Source: Stylophora pistillata
Taxonomy: Eukaryota
DNA: 64,000 nucleotides
Direction of reading: 5' to 3'
Assembly: GCF_002571385.2 (NCBI RefSeq)
Contig: NW_019217797.1
Span: 1,141,936 to 1,205,935 of the forward strand
The notes under the pieces are model-generated. The model had not been told where the DNA came from. It did not search any database and saw only the letters and a program-made list of their open reading frames with translations. The translations under genes were made by a program, and so were the position numbers. Positions 51,731-63,953 of this stretch are shown piece by piece. The first letter of the stretch is position 1. Each line of letters begins with the position of its first letter.

Positions 51731-54700
51731 GTAAGCAATCAAGACAAAGCAGCGTTCCAACAGAAATTGTTGAGCTACGATTTCCTATCAATAAGATCGT
51801 TAAACTTTGTTCCTGATGTTAAAATGTTTAATTGTATTCTAATTAGCATGAAATTGGAAAGATCTTTTCATTGGAAATAAACCTAAAATCGTGGCTATTC
51901 TCAATAACTGATCGCTTCGTGAAATGCTTAGAAGAACCAAACATTTCACAGTGAAACTGGTCTATTACTCGAAAACGCAGGTCTGAATGACCTGGATTCA
52001 CACGAGTAGAAAGCGAAGCCGGAAACGCCATGATCATTATATCAGCAAAAGCCGGAAATCTGAACTTTTCATTTTAACTTTATTTAGCTAAATCCAAAAA
52101 AAAAAATAATAAGTTACTTAAAACCTCTTGCAAATCACTGTTTGACATATACAACACTGAAGCTGGAAATTCAGTATTTTATGAAGACAGGGGAAATGAT
52201 ATATCGAGTAGTTTCTTGTCACTAAATTCAGTTTCCACATTCTTTCAAAGATAGTTTGTGTTAGTCTGTATCGAAATTGTCCAAGACAAAACCCGTCTTC
52301 ATTGTAGATCGAGCAGTTTCGGTTTTGACCTTTTATCGAAAATGAATCAATTGAACTTACTAAGGCTGACTGAAAATGTTGTCGGGTCGCAATGCTTGGG
52401 GAAGCTAGTTTCACAGCCCATCACACTTGTGGAAAGACACCAATTACTCTCAACCAGTCCTTTTCAGGCTTCTTTAATCTCTATTCTCTAATACAGTCCT
52501 AATTACAGCACATTTATTTCACTCTTCCGTCTTTAACCACTCTGACTTTGATCGACTGATCGACTCTGTTTCACTCTTATGTATTTCGGGGAACTCTAAT
52601 CAACTTCCTCCACCTCTGATCGATTACTCTTTTGTACGCGCTGGAGATACAGAACCCGCGAACATATTCACTACCAGTAAGCGTGGGTGGGCATGCTTCC
52701 CAACTGACCTTAGAAGATTAGACAGTTGATGTTGGAACACTTCTCAAAGCGCTTTTTTTTTACAATAATCTGACAAATAAACAGCATCGTACTTGATGCT
52801 TTCGATTAAACGATCAATCTTTGACTGTCAGGCTAAAACAAAAGTGTGGATCTCATAAGGCAAGTTCTGTAGATAAACTCAGCTCGCCCTCTATTGGCAG
52901 TTAGATGAGGCAGTCTTAGGAATCTCATCGCCAAATCTTGTACAGTTTGGGAAGATTGTGGTAAGCAGAAATCTCAGCGTTTAGAACGCCTACAAAAGCA
53001 AGGAATGAGTATCATTTATCAGTTAATTATAAATCTTGTATTCAGCACATGCGTAGTGAACCAAGTCTTTTATTATTAAGAGGGCGAACTTGTAACCTTT
53101 AAAGGTTACTAGTATGCGGAGAAGACAATTCTGTCGCACGGTAGAAATCAAGGTCTCATTAAATACGGTACGTAATCAAAATTACGGAGGAAAGTCACGG
53201 AGGAAAAGGGGAAGTAGTGCGACGATAAGTTTTCGCGCCCAAACTAGGAAACTGAACCTTCGCGGACAATACAATAATAGCGAGGGGAACTAGCTTTGTA
53301 GAGCGACTCGGCAGCGAGAACGGAAACTCGTCACGATTTCCTAGTACGCGGAGATCTACTTCGAGCGATCTCATACGGACGTCGCGGATGAGACAGTGTT
53401 TTGGTTCCACAGTAAACTTTTAGTTTAGGTCAGGCCAACAACTGACACGACGTTCAGCGTACTCAAGTTGAAAATGGGAAAAACCTTTATGAAGTGCTTA
53501 CTTAAGTACTGAACTAGTGTAAGGTTCTACTTTCCTCAAAATTGACAATATTTAAATAGGAATTACAAAGAAACGGAAAACTTGTCTTTGAAGCAAAAAT
53601 GATTTACATTGAAATATTGACATGTCGAAATTGAAAAAGCAGTTTCAATAAACTTTAGGCCATTAAAAATAGGAAACTTAGTGAGAATTCACAGCTTTGA
53701 TATCGAAAATATACCCATGGGAATTGCAATAGAGGAGCTTACAAAATAAAATGAAAAATACAATTAAAACTGTCCGCTTATCTAAGCAAGGTTGGTGCTA
53801 AGTTTGATCGCATGAAAGGAAATTGAAGTTACTAGTCTAAACTTAGCTGCCAACTACCACGGGAACTAATTTTACCAGAAAGGCCATTAACACTTTCATT
53901 TCCCAAAAATTTCACTAGGATGGAACGACAAAAGTACCGATGTACAAGTATGCAGTGAAAGCAAGCAACACGGCAAAAAATCTCTTAGTTTACAACTCAA
54001 AAACTACTGTGGCCTTAAAGTATTTTTTCGTTTTCGACTTACTAGAGGTAAAACCCGAATAAACCCGGATTTTTTAAATATGAAAGTATAAGAATACATA
54101 TGGAAAATTAGCAAATATATATATATATGCCTAAAAATCCAAAGTATAATATTCTATGATACGACAACAATTATTTTTTTGGGCTATAATTTATACAACA
54201 GTAACACCAATTTGAATAGAGCAATTCTTTCATCATTCTTTATAACTCAATCGGTCGAGTCAAAGAGTGAACAAAACACAAGAACTAGATCGAAACCGAA
54301 AAATTAAACTTGAAATGCGCGACCGTAAAATACTAAAAGAATTGGTCCAAAACTAAAACAGATAATACTCCTAAGAGTATAGACTGAAGATTGCGAAGTG
54401 ATAATTTACGGTTGTAGTTAAATTTGAGAGGCTGAACTTATGTGATTCGAGCTAAAAGAAAATACAGCAGAAACTAAACTAAGAAAATATCCCTGATATT
54501 TGTAACACAAGCCTAATTAACAATAAAGCGATTATGAATTGAACCGAAAGCGAGAAATAAATCAGTATTACAGACCAAAAAGGGAAATATCTTAAATGTA
54601 AAAGAAAGAAAAACTTACTTTGGTCTAGCTCGTAACGATAGTAGGTAACTCGCTGTTAGCAGATGATTCGTAAATAGCAGACAAAAATTTGGTGGTATCA

Positions 54701-55198
54701 ACAGCAACTAATAGCGATGAAGTATGAAATACAGTAACTAATACATGTTCTTAAAGTGCCCCTGAGACGAAAACTGACCATTTTATTTTGGCCTAAATTG
54801 TTCACACGATGTTGAATTGGGTCAAGTTAAGACCCTTTTTGTCATTAAAAACTCAAAACAAACCTTCGATGAACAATTTTTACCGCTTCAAAGTCGTCCA
54901 AAAATCGTCCGCCATTGCTGAAAACATGTTCCAGCCGAGCTCGCAAAACGTCATCATNATATTAATTTAATATTGTATTATTATTAGTTATTCTTATTTA
55001 ATATGAGAAGTATCTTTTAGATTTAGACACGAAGGAGCAGTATTGTACTCATCATTAGTATGTATATATCTTTTATGTTTATATCTATCTATGTATATAT
55101 AGGAAGTCTGCATTTTTATTTTTCTGTGTTACAATGCTCGATACATAAAAGTAGAGCGCAACATATATTGAGTTAGAAAAATAGAAAGATTGCGCTTT

Positions 55199-55243
55199 AA
55201 TCCCCACAAGCCTGTTTCGTGATTGCTCACTCATCAGGGGATT
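55199..55243 (-). ncRNA. Minimal type I hammerhead ribozyme motif (GUG at the cleavage triplet)
   Basis: AATCCC-CTGATGA-GTGA GCAA TCAC-GAAAC AGGCTT GT-G-GGGATT: 6-bp stem I, GNRA-capped stem II, near-palindromic stem III. Confidence 0.75.
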
Positions 55244-55692
55244 TTATGAAAGGGGTATAAAACTATGGTCGTCAGCGCATTTAAATATGAACCGAAGATG
55301 AACATTATAGAATCATATCAAATGTTAAAACAAATGCAAGGAAAGATTTTTCAGGAGTACATATATAAGAACAGTTTTGGTTTTTTGTCTTCCCAAACAT
55401 CATGCAGCGAACGTAAATTATTACCTCTCTTATAGAATAAGTATGCGATAAAACACGGCAAACACTTTCCAAAAATGTTTGAAAAACTGTTATGACTCCT
55501 TTGAACATTTAGCAAAAATCTAATCATTTAAAGAAAATGTAGTGCAGCTACAAGGCTTGACTTCAGTGAAGCAACTCGAAAACTTCTCCCTGCCTAGAAA
55601 CCTTCCAGCTTGCTTCGATGAGTCTCCTCACACATGTTCTTTTTTTTTTTTTTCACGATTATGGTTTTTTCCTTTTTTTTTGTAAACTAAAG

Positions 55693-56040
55693 GAGCCTTA
55701 CCAGCCTGGAAAGTTCAACCTGTGAACTTCACTTCTGTCGTTCAGGGAGAGCACTTAACCCTCACGTGGGAATATAAAATGGATGGAACATTTGAACAGG
55801 TTCAATTTTCTCATTTGACGGATGCTGGGAAAGAGAAGTCGGTTGCTGTTAAGTCTTCAATGCTTGGAAACGTAGTCGTTGCCTCTGAATACCAGGAAAG
55901 ATTCAAAGTGAGAATATCAGACTCACAAACAACAGTAAAAATTCTCAGAGCAAAGAAAGCTGACCTTGGAAAGTACAAGCTCGAGGTTATAAACAAGAAA
56001 TTGAAAAAAATAGACAGCGTGGTGGAGGTTTCTGTTTATT
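55693..56040 (+). CDS. Gene C atypical (cysteine-less) V-like Ig exon
   Basis: ALPAWKVQPVNFTSVVQGEHLTLTWEY...YQERF...DLGKYKLEV, 348 nt, phase 1-1. Confidence 0.88.
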
Positions 56041-56782
56041 GTAAGTACTAATGATGCACAAACACGCACGGGAAAGACTAATAGAAAGGCGCAATCGGCT
56101 GGATTTTACTGAACATTTCACGTTCAGATTCCGTATTAGGACCAAGAAACTTCAGACAAAAGTGTGAAAATCGGCCTGCCGAGCTATTTCGGTTTGTGAC
56201 GTATTGCTATTTCGGTTTGTGACGTATGGTGAACTTTGATGGCTTGAGAACTTTGATGGTTTGACATTTTGAAACCTTCAGCTTCATTCAACCAATCATA
56301 TTGCTTGAACCATTCTAAAGAGAATTCTGATTGGCTTATTGTAGTCTACTCTACGAGAACAAAGAGCATCTGTGCTGACGACACTGTTGTTTGTTTTGAA
56401 AATTGAAAGTTATTCTTGGGGAATTTAACGGATTCTTTATCATAAAAGAGATAAAGAAGCCTTGGCTGTGCTCTGTTCTGTTGAAAAGCACTTAGGATTC
56501 GATAAGACTACGTCGCGTGTTTCTCCCTACACTTCTTTCGTGCTCTAGCTGCTTCCTGTGTGCTTTACAACAGAACAGAACACAGTCAAGGTTCTCTGTT
56601 TGTTAAATAGAAGATAAAGAAAACGAAAAATAGATTATGTCTAGTCAAACTCAATCGGAATAGACTGCTGGTCGGCCGGGATATTAAAGTAGTACATACG
56701 CAATTCTTATCACTGAATCCTAGTTTTGAAATTTTGAAAAGAAAGAGAGGCCAAAACATCTACTATTTGTTGTCATTCTTAG

Positions 56783-57040
56783 ATCCACCAGCCAACACCG
56801 TTCTCTCAGTATTTCCCAACAGCAGCGAAGTACTAGGGGGGAGTGTCTTATATGAGGAATGCTACACAGATGCCAATCCTGGTCCACATATTTTTCTGTT
56901 ATACTTCAATGGAAATCTTATTAGAAACAGTAGCTCAGGGGAGTTTAACGTAACCGTTGACAGCGATGGAGTATACACCTGTGCCCCTATTAATACAGTT
57001 GGTTCGGGAGACAATGCGTCGTTCAGCGTGACTATTGTTG
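56783..57040 (+). CDS. Gene C Ig domain 2 exon
   Basis: PPANTVLSVFP...ECYTDANP...DGVYTCAPINTVG, phase 1-1. Confidence 0.88.
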
Positions 57041-57486
57041 GTACGGAATCCGTCAGGTTTTTAGACAGGCTTTCTTGACGTATTCATAAACTACATTATA
57101 GACATAGGCATTATCGCTAAGCCTCTAGCAAGAATTTTGAGTGATTTGTTCATTAAAAGGGAACAGTCATGTATTTATTCAAGGTTTAATCAATATTGAC
57201 CTACGTGATACAACAAATATAACCTAAAGGTGGGGGTGATGTAAAAATATGACAGAAATTCAATGTGTCTCTAGCATTCGTACCATCTTCAGTTTTGAAG
57301 AATCCTGTGTTCTGTTACGTAACAAGCAGTATTTTGTTGCCTTTTTTTTCAAACCGTAGGCGAAAGCCATTTGACACGTGTTTCAGTTTAGCCTCTAGAA
57401 CACTATGCAATAAATCAAAAAAATAATTTTAAAGAATGCTAATATTTCCAGCCTCCTAGTAACTCTTAGTTTTGAACATCTATCAG

Positions 57487-57729
57487 GCAAGCCTATAATA
57501 GCTTCGGAGCCCAAAAGCGTTACACCATTGGTAGGTGAGGCTACATCTCTGAGGTGCCTTGCCTATGGCAGTCCTCCGCTAGCTATTACGTGGGCTCGTC
57601 ATGGCGTTGGAAATGGCTCAGAGCTCTTTTTTCCATCAGCGAGGTTCTCTGACCGTGGATGGTACGGATGCGTAGCTAAAAATGGTCATGGAGTCTCTTT
57701 TAGTTCACTTGCATACCTCGATGTAACCG
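57487..57729 (+). CDS. Gene C Ig domain 3 exon
   Basis: SLRCLAYGSPPLAITW...GSELFFPSARFSDRGWYGCVAKNG; clear paralog of 37168-37413. Confidence 0.9.
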
Positions 57730-57824
57730 GTAAGAACATAAATATATGTATGATTTGGCCCTTCTTGTAACAAAGCCGTTTTGAATTGTTTAAAGCAATT
57801 TTATGGACCCTATTTACTCTTTAG

Positions 57825-57943
57825 ATAGTGCCAGTACCTTCATTACTGGACGAGTGACAATAACAAATGAGAATTTCGATAATAGCTTGGAAAATCCAGC
57901 AAGTATGAGATATCAAACCATTAAAAGGCATTTTGTTGAGGCG
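57825..57943 (+). CDS. Gene C SEA exon 1
   Basis: 119 nt, DSASTFITGRVTITNENFDNSLENPASMRYQTIKRHFVEA. Confidence 0.85.
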
Positions 57944-58778
57944 GTAAGTGTATGTACGGTTAGTCTTAATGTTACGCGATAGGCTAGGGTCTCGGTGCCA
58001 ATTGAGTCGTCTCATAATGGTATCACGACAATGATTATTAGTTTGAACACAATCTTAATTGAATACCATCCTAATGTTCTGTTCAGACTACTAAAAGGTT
58101 TTGTTCCGACTACTAAAATAACTTGTTCAGACTACTATAATAACTTCAAGCGAAAACCACATGCATTTTTATATACCATAATAGTAACACAACGAAATGT
58201 CCTCAGTAGGGTGGTCCCGTCATAAGTCCAGTCTCACTGGGGGGCGTGAGATCCTCCCACTGTGGGTCCGGGCCCGAACACCTAAAGGCTAATTTTTGTC
58301 TACGCCTTTTTGAGGTATTACTTTGAACTGAGAGGGTAAGCTTGATGAGATGGGGTCTTATTTCAAAACAATACTAGATAAAGGGGAGCGACATGATTAC
58401 TAATAACATTAAATCCTTGCAAGAGCCATCACTTAGCAGAAGTTACTTATTTAGCAGGAAGCCTCTGGAAAAAAAAAAAAGATGGATAGCGTAAGACTAA
58501 ATGGGAGATCAGAAGTCTATAGATGGCTTCCATAAAAGGAAATTACAACTATGTCAGAGGTCGAATCGTAGCCTGAGTTAGTGGAAACAGAACTTCTCAC
58601 GCTAACGGTGTTTCATTTTCAATGAAAAATTCTGCCGTACACGATGAGAAGTCGCATATCCAAAATTTTGTAAGATACTGCTGTTGAACTTACGTAATGT
58701 TGCTTTTTAATATTCAATAGCAGTATATGATTTTTTTTTCACGAAAATTTCCAATCACAGTTCATATTTAAAATTCAG

Positions 58779-58837
58779 GTAGGGGAAGTTTTCAAGAACG
58801 ACGTCACCTTCCACAGCACGGATGTCACAAGATTTGA
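58779..58837 (+). CDS. Gene C SEA exon 2
   Basis: 59 nt, VGEVFKNDVTFHSTDVTRFE, phase 0-2. Confidence 0.85.
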
Positions 58838-58904
58838 GTGAGTGGCAATTGCACCATTTTAGTATTTTAAAACCAACTACTTATTGTCACCTTACGCGGT
58901 GGCA

Positions 58905-59200
58905 TTCATATATTCATCCATCCATAAATTCCTTTATTAATCTACCCATCCCTTCTCCGTTCATCCATTCACTCAATCATCCAATCATAAATTTTTCCCC
59001 CCGTCCTCCTTCCATGCTTTCATTTATCGATCCAGCCACACATACACACAGCTATTCTTCCATCCTTCCCTCCTTCTATCCTTCCTTACATCCATTCATC
59101 CCCCCTAAAGTTCCCTCTCTCTCTCTACCAATCTATGCATCTTTCATTCATATATATATTCATCAATCCATACATATTTCCATTTGTTTCCATATCAATC
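58905..59200 (+). repeat. Degenerate (TCCA)n low-complexity tract
   Basis: Visible CATC/TTCC-rich repeats. Confidence 0.6.
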
Positions 59201-59275
59201 CAGTCTTGTTATTAGTCAAACTCTATTTTGATCATTTACTAAATCAATTCCGTTGAATGTTGCTTTCACTGGCAG

Positions 59276-59496
59276 AAATGACAGGAAAGGAACTGTGAAC
59301 ATCCTTTTTGTACTAGCGTTCAAAGAAGCTGTTCTAACAGAAAGAAAAATCACTCTTTTAAAAATCGCTGCCAGAGAAGGAAAACTTGGGGTCTTAGATG
59401 TTGATCCAGCCTCCGTAATGGTTATTCGTGAGACTGAGGAACCTGTGCTTGAATGTAATTTTGGATGCAGACCGTCACGCTCACCGGAAAGTTTAG
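59276..59496 (+). CDS. Gene C SEA exon 3 plus stalk
   Basis: NDRKGTVNILFVLAFKEAV...GKLGVLDVDPASV...CNFGCRP, phase 2-1. A possible second in-frame acceptor lies just downstream (gacAG). Confidence 0.82.
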
Positions 59497-59574
59497 GTAC
59501 TTTTTTCTATTAATTGTAAAGTATTGTGGGACGAGGAAAATACCTTTAATCTCAGGGAAAGGTTTTATTAAAAG

Positions 59575-60468
59575 TGGAGTAGAGAAAGATTGAGAGAAGG
59601 AAAATAGGAAAGAAATACTGGGGACACTTTCAATACGATAAAGGAAAAGAAGGCAAAACCTTGTTGAAGTGGTCTTGAAAAGCTTACAAGGGTAAAATTA
59701 CTTTAAAAAATGGCTCTGCGATAAAGCTACTTTTATCACAATTTAATCTCTGTTTCACACAAGAAATAATCCATTGGCAAATAGATAGTTCTTTAAAATG
59801 GGGATATAGAAAGATTAAGAGAAGGAAAATAGGAAAGAAATACAGGGGACACTTTCAATACGATAAAGAAAAAGAAGGCAAAACCTTGTTGAAGTGGTCT
59901 TTAAAAGCTTACAAGGGTAAAATTACTTTAAAAAATGGCTCTGCGATAAAGCTACTTTTATCACAATTTAATCTCTGTTTCACACAAGAAATACTCCATT
60001 GGAAAATAAATAGTTCTTTAAAATGGGGATAGAGAAAGATTAAGAGAAGGAAAATAGGAAAGAGATACAGGGGAAACTTTCAATACGATAAAGAAAAAGA
60101 AGGCAAAACCTTGTTGAGCTGGTCTTTAAAAGCTTACAAGGGTAAAACTATTTTAAGAAAATGGCTCTGCGATAAAGCTATTTTTATCGCAATGTAATCT
60201 CTGTTTCACACAAGAAATAATCCATTGGCAAATAGATAGTTCTTTAAAATGGAAATAGAGAAAGATTAAGAGAAGGAAAATAGGAAAGAAATACAGGGGA
60301 AACTTTCGATACGATAAAGGAAAAGTAGGCAAAACCTTGTTGAAGTGGTCTTTAAAAGCTTACAAGGATAAAATCATTTAAAAAAAAAACGCTCTGCGAT
60401 AAAGCTACTTTATGCAATCTCTGTTCCACGCAAGAAATAATCCATTGGCAAATATATAGTTCTTTAAA
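59575..60468 (+). repeat. Intronic tandem repeat, ~225-bp unit x4
   Basis: AGAGAAAGAT... recurs at ~59581, 59806, 60031 and 60257. Confidence 0.92.
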
Positions 60469-60645
60469 CTGTGTAGTAAACTAACGTATAATGACCTCGC
60501 TACCTGGGATAGCTAATACGACTAATTCAACGGTTTTAGCGTATTGTGTGGGAAAGATTTCTATCAGAGACCTGTGTTCTCACGTGATTAAAAAACGAGC
60601 CTTTTAGTAAGGTTAAAATCGGTGATTTCTTGATTTGCTCTGCAG

Positions 60646-60747
60646 CTTGCTCATGTGACAACAAAATATTCAGAGCAGTGACAGGAATTCTTGTTTTAAT
60701 AATCATCGGTCTTCTTATTTATGTATTCTTCCAGCACAGAAGATCAG
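60646..60747 (+). CDS. Gene C transmembrane exon
   Basis: ACSCDNKIFRAVTGILVLIIIGLLIYVFFQHRRS, phase 1-1. Confidence 0.85.
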
Positions 60748-61457
60748 GTAACGGTTACATAAATTCTAGATGAACAGATTACAAACTAAACTGGGAATAG
60801 TCCGCGACAGTGAAGTTAAAAATAGTGTGAAGTCCTATCGTTTTTGTAAAAGAAGTCATGTAAATGGCGACGCCTAGATTACATACTACTTGTCTTCTTT
60901 GGGCGACGAGGTCGAATGCAAAGAGTCATTCCGTTACAAGCATCTTGAAATGCTCTTATTACTTGGTTTTAAGTGATGTGAGTCATGTCTAATTGTTTTA
61001 TTCTGGGAAATGCTTTCCACCCCTGCAAGGCTGACTGGTTTAACAGATGCAAAAGCGTCCATTGGGATACTAAATGTGATCCCTTGAGGTCTCCGACTTG
61101 GAACTGAATATCAGACAGGCGTTTTTGTTGAAGGCGTCAACGAAGTTTTGTCCAGTCTCCAAACAGTGGTACAAAACCATGGTCACCTGTTCATCATCTG
61201 AATGTTTGTTGAAAACTAATCAATCACCTAGGGACTTCATGTTTTCCATGAGGCGACTCATAACTATCCAAAGTCATCGACTGATGAAGGATAACAGTAT
61301 GAAGCCAAAATAAAACAGGCAATTCACGTCACCTTGGTCTTCACAGAGTAGAATAGACGATTGCATTTTATTGTTTTACAAATCTGAAGAATCTTTAAGA
61401 AAATTTTAAAATATATTTAGTATTTGTTGTAACGGACTTTTTCTATCTTCATCTTAG

Positions 61458-61476
61458 GAATTGAATCCAAGGAGAG
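61458..61476 (+). CDS. Gene C juxtamembrane micro-exon candidate a
   Basis: ttAG...AG|GTTAG, 19 nt, phase 1-2, GIESKER. Confidence 0.5.
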
Positions 61477-61603
61477 GTTAGCGAAAAATCTCCCTGCACT
61501 CGTTATGTTTCTTAACTGTAGAGGAGTTTTATCGTTATTTTTTTTAAAGTATTATTTTTTTAATTCTTTATTTATTTTTCCACGATTCGTTCACCCTTTT
61601 CAG

Positions 61604-61634
61604 AATGTAAAAGTTTAAGAATAAACCGTTTCAG
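61604..61634 (+). CDS. Gene C juxtamembrane micro-exon candidate b
   Basis: ttttcAG...AG|GTAAC, 31 nt, phase 1-2, ECKSLRINRFR. Confidence 0.45.
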
Positions 61635-61776
61635 GTAACTTTAGAGCCTTGCACATTATTTTTCTCTTTATACAATGCAAAATGATATTTCTAGTAACTT
61701 TATCCAAAACGCTCGTTTTATTCGACAAAAATCGACGAATCAGAAAGGTGTACCTTTGTCTCTACTTTCTTTCAAG

Positions 61777-61822
61777 GAGTTTTGAAATGGCGAGAGAAGA
61801 AACTCGGCGTAGACCTCCAGGC
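61777..61822 (+). CDS. Gene C juxtamembrane exon
   Basis: SFEMAREETRRRPPG, phase 2-0, donor GTAAGT. Confidence 0.65.
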
Positions 61823-62115
61823 GTAAGTTGAATATCAGTGTCACAAACAACTTCAAAGCAAATTTAAAGAATCTCTGTCTTTCATATTTTCCGCTCACAA
61901 GTCACCCTAGGTAGGCTAGCAGTTTTAATATTATCTATCAGACAAAAGTTGAAAAGAGTGCGATTGACAGAAAATTTTAGATTCTAATAAGAAGCCTTAA
62001 AGTTTCTAATTTATGAAAAACTTTGATAACATCCAGTTGGTCAGCGTGGATTCCAGGTACCTGACATCGTGTAATCGACCTCTTTAATAATCTTGTGCTT
62101 TCTCGTCTTTTGAAG

Positions 62116-62413
62116 CATGAAATTTCCATTACTGGAGTCAAAAAAGGTGGAATGCTGGCTAACCCCAAAGTCGCAGACGAATCTGTTGCTGAAACGCCGG
62201 AAACAGAGGCCGATACTGAGCCAATAAATACTGGAATTATTGGATACGACCTGGCCCTGCCGGTCTCCAAATCGTCTTGGAAAGTTCCACGAGAAAATGT
62301 AACTGTAAGAGAAACAATAGGCAAGGGAGCCTTTTCGCAGGTGGCCAGGGGAACAGTCACAAGTCTCCATGGGGCTTCTGAAGTAACAGTAGTTGCAGTA
62401 AAAATGCTTAAAG
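62116..62413 (+). CDS. Gene C tyrosine kinase N-lobe exon
   Basis: WKVPRENVTVRETIGKGAFSQVARG...VAVKMLK. Confidence 0.92.
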
Positions 62414-63206
62414 GTAGAAACTATTCATTTTCAATCCATACACATTTCTATCAATGGGTTAAGCACATAAGCACATTCACCGCCTTTACAAACCACCTTC
62501 AAATACTGTACATTTCTTTCGGGACTGTCATAAGAACCTTCTAAATAAACTTCAAGTCGAAGGCTTGCAAGATTTGTTTCCCATCGAGCCATGATACCTT
62601 TTTCAATTCTCATTATGATTCGAAGATTAATTTCCGTCAGAGCCAGGAGAATTTCTTCGACTCCAACCGCAAAAACATACCTTAAGCGCAGATGATTAAA
62701 GCATAGTAACAAATAAGCGAGTGTTTAAAGAATATGATATAACTTCTAGCAGCAATTAAATGTCCGAAAAATAAATTTTGCGCCTCATCTACTTAAAAGG
62801 GAACCAGCCTATTTAATAGTAAGTTCAGTGCGATTGATTCAAATTTCTTAGAGAAAGTAGGTGATTAGCATGCAACCGTTTGATATACACTTGACTGCGA
62901 AAACACTGACACCTAAAAAGCGTTTAAAATTTACTATGAAACCTTACGGCTTTATGGGCCACAATAATAACCATCATTAGTTGTGCGTCGTTAATAATAG
63001 CAACTATCCAATGTTTCCTAGAAAAATAAGGATTATCATACCAAAGGGATTTCACATAAAAAGCAAGAAAAGAGAATCACTAATTATGTATCTCTGCCAA
63101 CATTTCCCGTAAAGCCGTTGGGTCACATCACATTTGAGGTGTCGACGTTTTTGCATCCTAATATACTTTTTATCCAACTTACTTTTTTTCCACTTTTAAA
63201 TAATAG

Positions 63207-63311
63207 AAAACGCTCCTGCCTCAGATAGGAAGGATCTGCTCTCAGAGCTTGACCTAATGCAGCAACTCAAACCTCATCCATATGTCATCAAACTACTGGG
63301 ATTTGTTGCAG
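63207..63311 (+). CDS. Gene C kinase exon (helix C)
   Basis: ENAPASDRKDLLSELDLMQQLKPHPYVIKLLGFVA. Confidence 0.88.
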
Positions 63312-63399
63312 GTAGCGTAATTAAAACCCCACTGTGCACGACAAACGAGAAGTTCCTAAAGGGTTAGATCTTTTGTAACGTATTTTTTTGTATTGACAG

Positions 63400-63590
63400 A
63401 TCCGTTATTGGTGTTGACTGAGTATGTTCCATTCGGAGACCTACTCGGTTATTTACGAAAAAGTCGAGGACTGAACGACACTTACTACAGCAACCCGAAG
63501 ATCCCAGCAGAAACCACTTTGACGGCAGACAAACTGATGAAGTTTGCTTGGCAGATTGCCGATGGGATGAACTACTTGTCCTCTAAATGT
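63400..63590 (+). CDS. Gene C kinase exon (hinge and insert)
   Basis: DPLLVLTEYVPFGDLLGYLRKSRG...FAWQIADGMNYLSSKC. Confidence 0.92.
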
Positions 63591-63953
63591 GTAAGCTTGT
63601 GAACTGCGTGACTTCTACTCATCCTTATGTCTAGTTTCTAGAACAGCGCTAACACGATTCTCCCTCCTCCCAAGATCCAATTTTCCTAAGAATTGATCCC
63701 CTTTTTTCAGTTATTTAATTGACGGCAGGTGATGATCGCAGTTTACCTGAATCATTTGTAAATGTTAGATTTGATCTCAAAATTAATCTCCTTCTTTGTC
63801 TAGTATATCAAACGGCTGTTTCAAGCAGGTTGATAAATTGGCTGTTTTATGATTTATCACGAGGATATACAGGAGATATGTAACCACTGTGATTATGCAT
63901 CCTATATAAGTTCAAGCATACAGTTTTTTTTATATATATATCTTTCGGAGCAG

